DNA of 64,000 bases from a bacterium (GTDB lineage Bacteria; Zixibacteria; MSB-5A5; GN15; FEB-12): the NCBI GenBank assembly GCA_030605565.1, contig JAUWIB010000062.1, positions 4,141 through 68,140 on the forward strand, written 5' to 3'. Position 1 is the first letter of the stretch. Every line of letters begins with the position of its first letter. The notes beneath the pieces were generated by a model. It was given only the letters and a program-made list of their open reading frames with translations, did not search any database and had not been told where the DNA came from. The position numbers were made by a program, and so were the translations under genes. This document shows, piece by piece, positions 60,149-64,000 of this stretch.

Positions 60149-63100
60149 ATGAAAAAGTTACTGTCAATAGCTGCTATACTGATGTTGGCTGCGGGAGGGG
60201 TGTTGGCCGGGACAATCAACGTCGATGTCAGCGACCCAGCCTGTGTGTCCGGCGTTGGACAACCTGATCCCTATGCGGTGGTTTACTGCGGCATTCAAGA
60301 TGCGATTGACGATGCTGCGTCCGGCGATGTCATCAACGTGGCGAACGGAACATACGGGGCTGATCCGGCAACGGGCAAATGCGCATACATTACTAAAGAC
60401 GGCCTCAGCCTGGTCGGTGAATCACAGACCGGCACGATCATTGACGGCGCTATTGGAGGTGTGGGCAGTTCTGCTTCATACTGGCCCAAAGGCATCCACA
60501 TCCAAGCCAATAACGTCGCTATTCAGAACTTCACTGTTCAAGGATTCACCGGAGACCTCGTTAGCACCGGTGGGTACGGTGTACTTCACCGGGATTACGC
60601 TCATGACACGCCTGGCGAAGGCTACATTTTCTATGACGGCTGCTCCGTGGATCACGTTACGGTTCACAGTTGCTATTCGGTTGTCTACGCCCTCTGTTTC
60701 ACCAACTTGACGGTGGCCGATTGCTACCTCCACGACAACTACTCGGACGGGATGTTTATCGCTCGCGGGTCGGATGGTGCTATCATCCACGATAACGTTG
60801 TGACCAACTCGGGCGATCAGGGAATCTGGGTTGGCAAGTGTTGGTCAGGGCTTGATCCGTCCGACAACGCCACCATCTATAACAACACCGTCAATGGTGC
60901 TCGTGAAGGTGGAATCTGCTTTGTGGGCTCGGACGTGGCTGAGATATATAACAACTCCATTACCAATGCTGCCTCTGAAGGTTGGTCAGTTGGCGCGCTC
61001 AACCTCAAAGATGGACCCACCAACGTAAACGCTTACGGCAACAGGATATTCGATAACGACGGCGCCTGGAACGGACACAATGGCCTTGGACATGGCGTTG
61101 GAATTGATGGAAGCGCTGGAAACATAAATCTGCACGACAACGCTATCTACGGGAACAGCGGACTGGGTGTCTATAACGCTTCAACAAAGGCCTCCTCTGG
61201 CACGTGGGAAACGCGCTTGATTGAGGACGAACTGCCATCCAGTTCTGAGCACATGACTTCCTGGAGTTCCGACAAGGGCACTCGCGGACTGGTTCTGGCC
61301 GAAGACAACTGGTGGGGTGACGCCGGCGGCCCGTATAACGCCACCACCAATCCCAGCGCCGTGGGAGACGCGGTAAGCGATGATGTGGACTACTCCCCCT
61401 GGTGGGGTGCAGATTACGTGGACGATCCGCACACCAGCCCCTGGACATGGTATGTCAACACCTCCAACAATTCCACCATTCAGGAGGGAATTGACGTCGC
61501 ATCTGTCAGCGACGTCATCAACGTAACAGCCGGGACGTATACCATCACTTCAGCGATAGATGTGAATAAAGGGGTAACCATCACGGGTGCTGTCGGAACC
61601 CCGGCCAATGTTGTGGTTCAGTACAATCCTGCCAGCACATCGTTGAACGGCTTCGAGATAGGGGCTGCGAATATTACCATACAGGGATTTACAATTTCTG
61701 ACTGTTTTAGAGGTGTCCATTTCGACCGAACTGATATAACCTCTACAGGATGCACCATAACCAACTGTGTTTTCGACAATAACAGCGAAAATGCTATTGG
61801 CGAGGTTGCCGCTGAAAACACTACGATTAGCAATAATACGATGACCAACTGTAGTATGGGCATAGAGATAAGAGCAAACGAGGCTACCAGCCCGGCAAAC
61901 CGCACCGAGGTAACCGGTAACACAATCTCATCATGCAGTCAGTCATGTATTCAGACTTATCTTGGCAAATATGTCTATATTTATGATAACACCATCAGCA
62001 GTGCTAACGACAAGGGTATAAACATAATACGCTCGAACGCCACGGGGACATCGGACAGGATTCAAGTTATTGGCAATACCATCTCCCAGACCAAATACCC
62101 GGGTATTCAGGTCATTGGCGCTCCATATACCTATATCTACAATAACACCCTGACCCAGTGTAACTATTATGGCGCCGATGGCACCGGTGACTGGGACTAC
62201 GCTTCCATCCATGTACAAGATGACATTGGACCAACATACAGCAGCCATACAATCATTGATGGCAACACGGTTTATGACGGCATCAACGGCATTCAGACCT
62301 GGACCAATGACGTTACCATAACCGCCAACGAGATATATGACATGGGCGTGACCTATGCTGGCGAGAAGATTGTCGGCAGTCGTACCTATAAGAACTCCGG
62401 TATTCTGGTCGGCAGCAACTGGGGGTCGGGTGACATTGATCCGACCGGTGTTGTGATACATGGCAACAGTATTCACGACAATTACTGGGGTCTGTTTTAC
62501 AGCGCTGACTTGTCCAATGGTGTAGATGCCGAGCAGAACTGGTGGGGTGACGCCAGCGGTCCATATAACGCCACCACCAATCCCAGCGCCGTGGGAGACG
62601 CGGTAAGCGATGATGTGGACTACTCCCCCTGGTGGGGTGCAGATTACGTGGACGATCCGCACACCAGCCCCTGGACCTGGTATGTCAACACCTCCAACAA
62701 TTCCACCATTCAGGAGGGAATCGACGCCGCTTCTGTCTCTGTCAGCGATGTCATCAACGTTGCAGCCGGAACTTATCGCGAGCAACTCTATGTTGACCAT
62801 AGCCTGGACTTGCTGGGAACGGGAATTGGGGTGTCTATCATTGAGGCGCCGGACCCGGTTGACCGAACGACCTACGACGTCACGCAGTGGACCGGCTCAT
62901 CCCGTACGATTGACGCCATTATCGGCGTTGTTGCCGCTGGAAACGTCAATATAAGTGGGTTTACGGTCGACGGCCGTGACGTTGGGCCGAATAACTTCTA
63001 TGGCGTGCATTTTTTCGACACCGATGGATCGGTTACACTATGTGAAATCGACAACATAACGGATGCGGCGACACCGAGCAACTCGCGCGTTGTCAGTGTG

Positions 63101-64000
63101 GTGGCTACTCACAGCCTGGAACAAACATTCACGATCGATTTCTCCAGCAACTCAATCCCCGTCTTCCAAAAATGCGGCATATTGATTATGGGACCAGGCG
63201 CAACCTTCACTGTCAATGAAAACACCGTGGTCAATGTACCCTCACCGGTGATTGCCGGCAACGGCATGCAGCTCTCTTATGGTGCAACCGGCACGACGTA
63301 TCAAAATGTCGTTCAGGGCGCCGAGTACACTGGCGACGATTGGGCCGCTACCGGCATCCTGTTGTTTGAGAGCGGTGACATCTCCATGGATGGAGACGAA
63401 GTCTACAACTGTCAATCAGGCGTGAATTTCAGTGACTGGGGATGGGTGTATCTCCATCCATCACCTGTCAATCTGAGTTTCACCAATCTTAACCTGTATG
63501 ACAACGAGTGGACTCTCGGTATCCAGTTGAGCCGAGACAACAGCGACGTGAACATGACTGTCACTGATTGCGACGTTCTCAATAGCACCGGTGATGGTAT
63601 TGATCTTTACTGCACGGGTGAAGACCCATGGGGTGGATCCTACTACACCGGCTGGGAGAATGGTGATCTCAATGCCACGATTGCCGGGTGTTACGTCAGT
63701 GGAACCGCCCTGGATGGCATTTGGGGTGGTGACTATTCCGGGAATGTCAACAACGTCTCGGTATCAGTCTTCGACTGCATGTTCACAGGTAACGTGGGGT
63801 CAGCTATCAACAATGCCTTCACACAGATAATGGATGCCTCGGGCTGCTATTGGGATGATCCTACCGGACCGACAATCGGCGTCAAGGCCGGTGGTACGCG
63901 TCCGATCATGCTCACCGTCAGTCCCTTTGGCGGCTCACTGCCGGAGAAAGGCGGTTCGGCCTCAACAGGGCTGATAGCCTCCGACAAGGGTTCCGGCGAA
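60149..64000 (+). CDS. Giant secreted protein with at least three right-handed parallel beta-helix (pectin-lyase-like) modules; runs off the window end
   Basis: Manual translation: MKKLLSIAAILMLAAGGVLAG signal peptide, IQ.AID.A..GD.I.V..GTY module starts, Asn ladders, NWWG module ends. Spot checks are in frame through 64000, and the ORF track lists no stop-terminated ORF from this start. Confidence 0.88.
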   Translation, partial: MKKLLSIAAILMLAAGGVLAGTINVDVSDPACVSGVGQPDPYAVVYCGIQDAIDDAASGDVINVANGTYGADPATGKCAYITKDGLSLVGESQTGTIIDGAIGGVGSSASYWPKGIHIQANNVAIQNFTVQGFTGDLVSTGGYGVLHRDYAHDTPGEGYIFYDGCSVDHVTVHSCYSVVYALCFTNLTVADCYLHDNYSDGMFIARGSDGAIIHDNVVTNSGDQGIWVGKCWSGLDPSDNATIYNNTVNGAREGGICFVGSDVAEIYNNSITNAASEGWSVGALNLKDGPTNVNAYGNRIFDNDGAWNGHNGLGHGVGIDGSAGNINLHDNAIYGNSGLGVYNASTKASSGTWETRLIEDELPSSSEHMTSWSSDKGTRGLVLAEDNWWGDAGGPYNATTNPSAVGDAVSDDVDYSPWWGADYVDDPHTSPWTWYVNTSNNSTIQEGIDVASVSDVINVTAGTYTITSAIDVNKGVTITGAVGTPANVVVQYNPASTSLNGFEIGAANITIQGFTISDCFRGVHFDRTDITSTGCTITNCVFDNNSENAIGEVAAENTTISNNTMTNCSMGIEIRANEATSPANRTEVTGNTISSCSQSCIQTYLGKYVYIYDNTISSANDKGINIIRSNATGTSDRIQVIGNTISQTKYPGIQVIGAPYTYIYNNTLTQCNYYGADGTGDWDYASIHVQDDIGPTYSSHTIIDGNTVYDGINGIQTWTNDVTITANEIYDMGVTYAGEKIVGSRTYKNSGILVGSNWGSGDIDPTGVVIHGNSIHDNYWGLFYSADLSNGVDAEQNWWGDASGPYNATTNPSAVGDAVSDDVDYSPWWGADYVDDPHTSPWTWYVNTSNNSTIQEGIDAASVSVSDVINVAAGTYREQLYVDHSLDLLGTGIGVSIIEAPDPVDRTTYDVTQWTGSSRTIDAIIGVVAAGNVNISGFTVDGRDVGPNNFYGVHFFDTDGSVTLCEIDNITDAATPSNSRVVSVVATHSLEQTFTIDFSSNSIPVFQKCGILIMGPGATFTVNENTVVNVPSPVIAGNGMQLSYGATGTTYQNVVQGAEYTGDDWAATGILLFESGDISMDGDEVYNCQSGVNFSDWGWVYLHPSPVNLSFTNLNLYDNEWTLGIQLSRDNSDVNMTVTDCDVLNSTGDGIDLYCTGEDPWGGSYYTGWENGDLNATIAGCYVSGTALDGIWGGDYSGNVNNVSVSVFDCMFTGNVGSAINNAFTQIMDASGCYWDDPTGPTIGVKAGGTRPIMLTVSPFGGSLPEKGGSASTGLIASDKGSGE
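61307..62721 (+). repeat. 185-bp near-identical direct repeats (61307-61491 and 62537-62721) inside the beta-helix gene
   Basis: Both copies read aactggtggggtgacgcc...caggagggaat with about 4 mismatches by eye; offset 1230 nt, which keeps the frame. Confidence 0.92.

Noticed and set aside
61943-62800. 285-aa minus-strand ORF
   Set aside because: Antisense to the giant beta-helix gene.

Overview
A GC-rich chromosomal window from a diderm bacterium. The lineage is inferred, not proven: probably candidate Zixibacteria or an FCB-related group, from the dockerin plus T9SS/FlgD-type C-terminal domain protein and the DUF494-coaBC-udg-dnaB neighbourhood. Left third: lipoproteins, murQ, an hbd-ackA operon and a 6-PAS histidine kinase with a sigma54 regulator. 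That regulator carries an in-frame TAA before its HTH domain. A CusCBA-type heavy-metal efflux cluster follows with a divergent two-component system. Next is an AT-richer accessory block: a Fur-boxed secreted CbiX-like chelatase, a TonB-dependent receptor, and an epsilonHao-like octaheme cytochrome with a NapC/NirT-like partner. A secreted integrin-propeller/TSP3/dockerin protein comes after it. Centre: a long minus-strand run of aldehyde dehydrogenase, CpgS-like (ArcE-like) P-loop enzyme, carbamate kinase, CCA enzyme, sucCD, korDABG, ndk, a LarA-family racemase, mdh and icd. Right: tgt with an in-frame repeat insertion, a PIN-like ORF, radA, mlaFE, dnaB, udg, coaBC split at an A10 run, DUF494, and the 5' part of a giant beta-helix protein whose modules are bounded by near-identical 185-bp repeats. 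Several REP-like palindrome families fill the intergenic gaps. I saw no tRNA, rRNA, CRISPR array or transposase. All assignments come from motif recognition by eye; no database searches were run.
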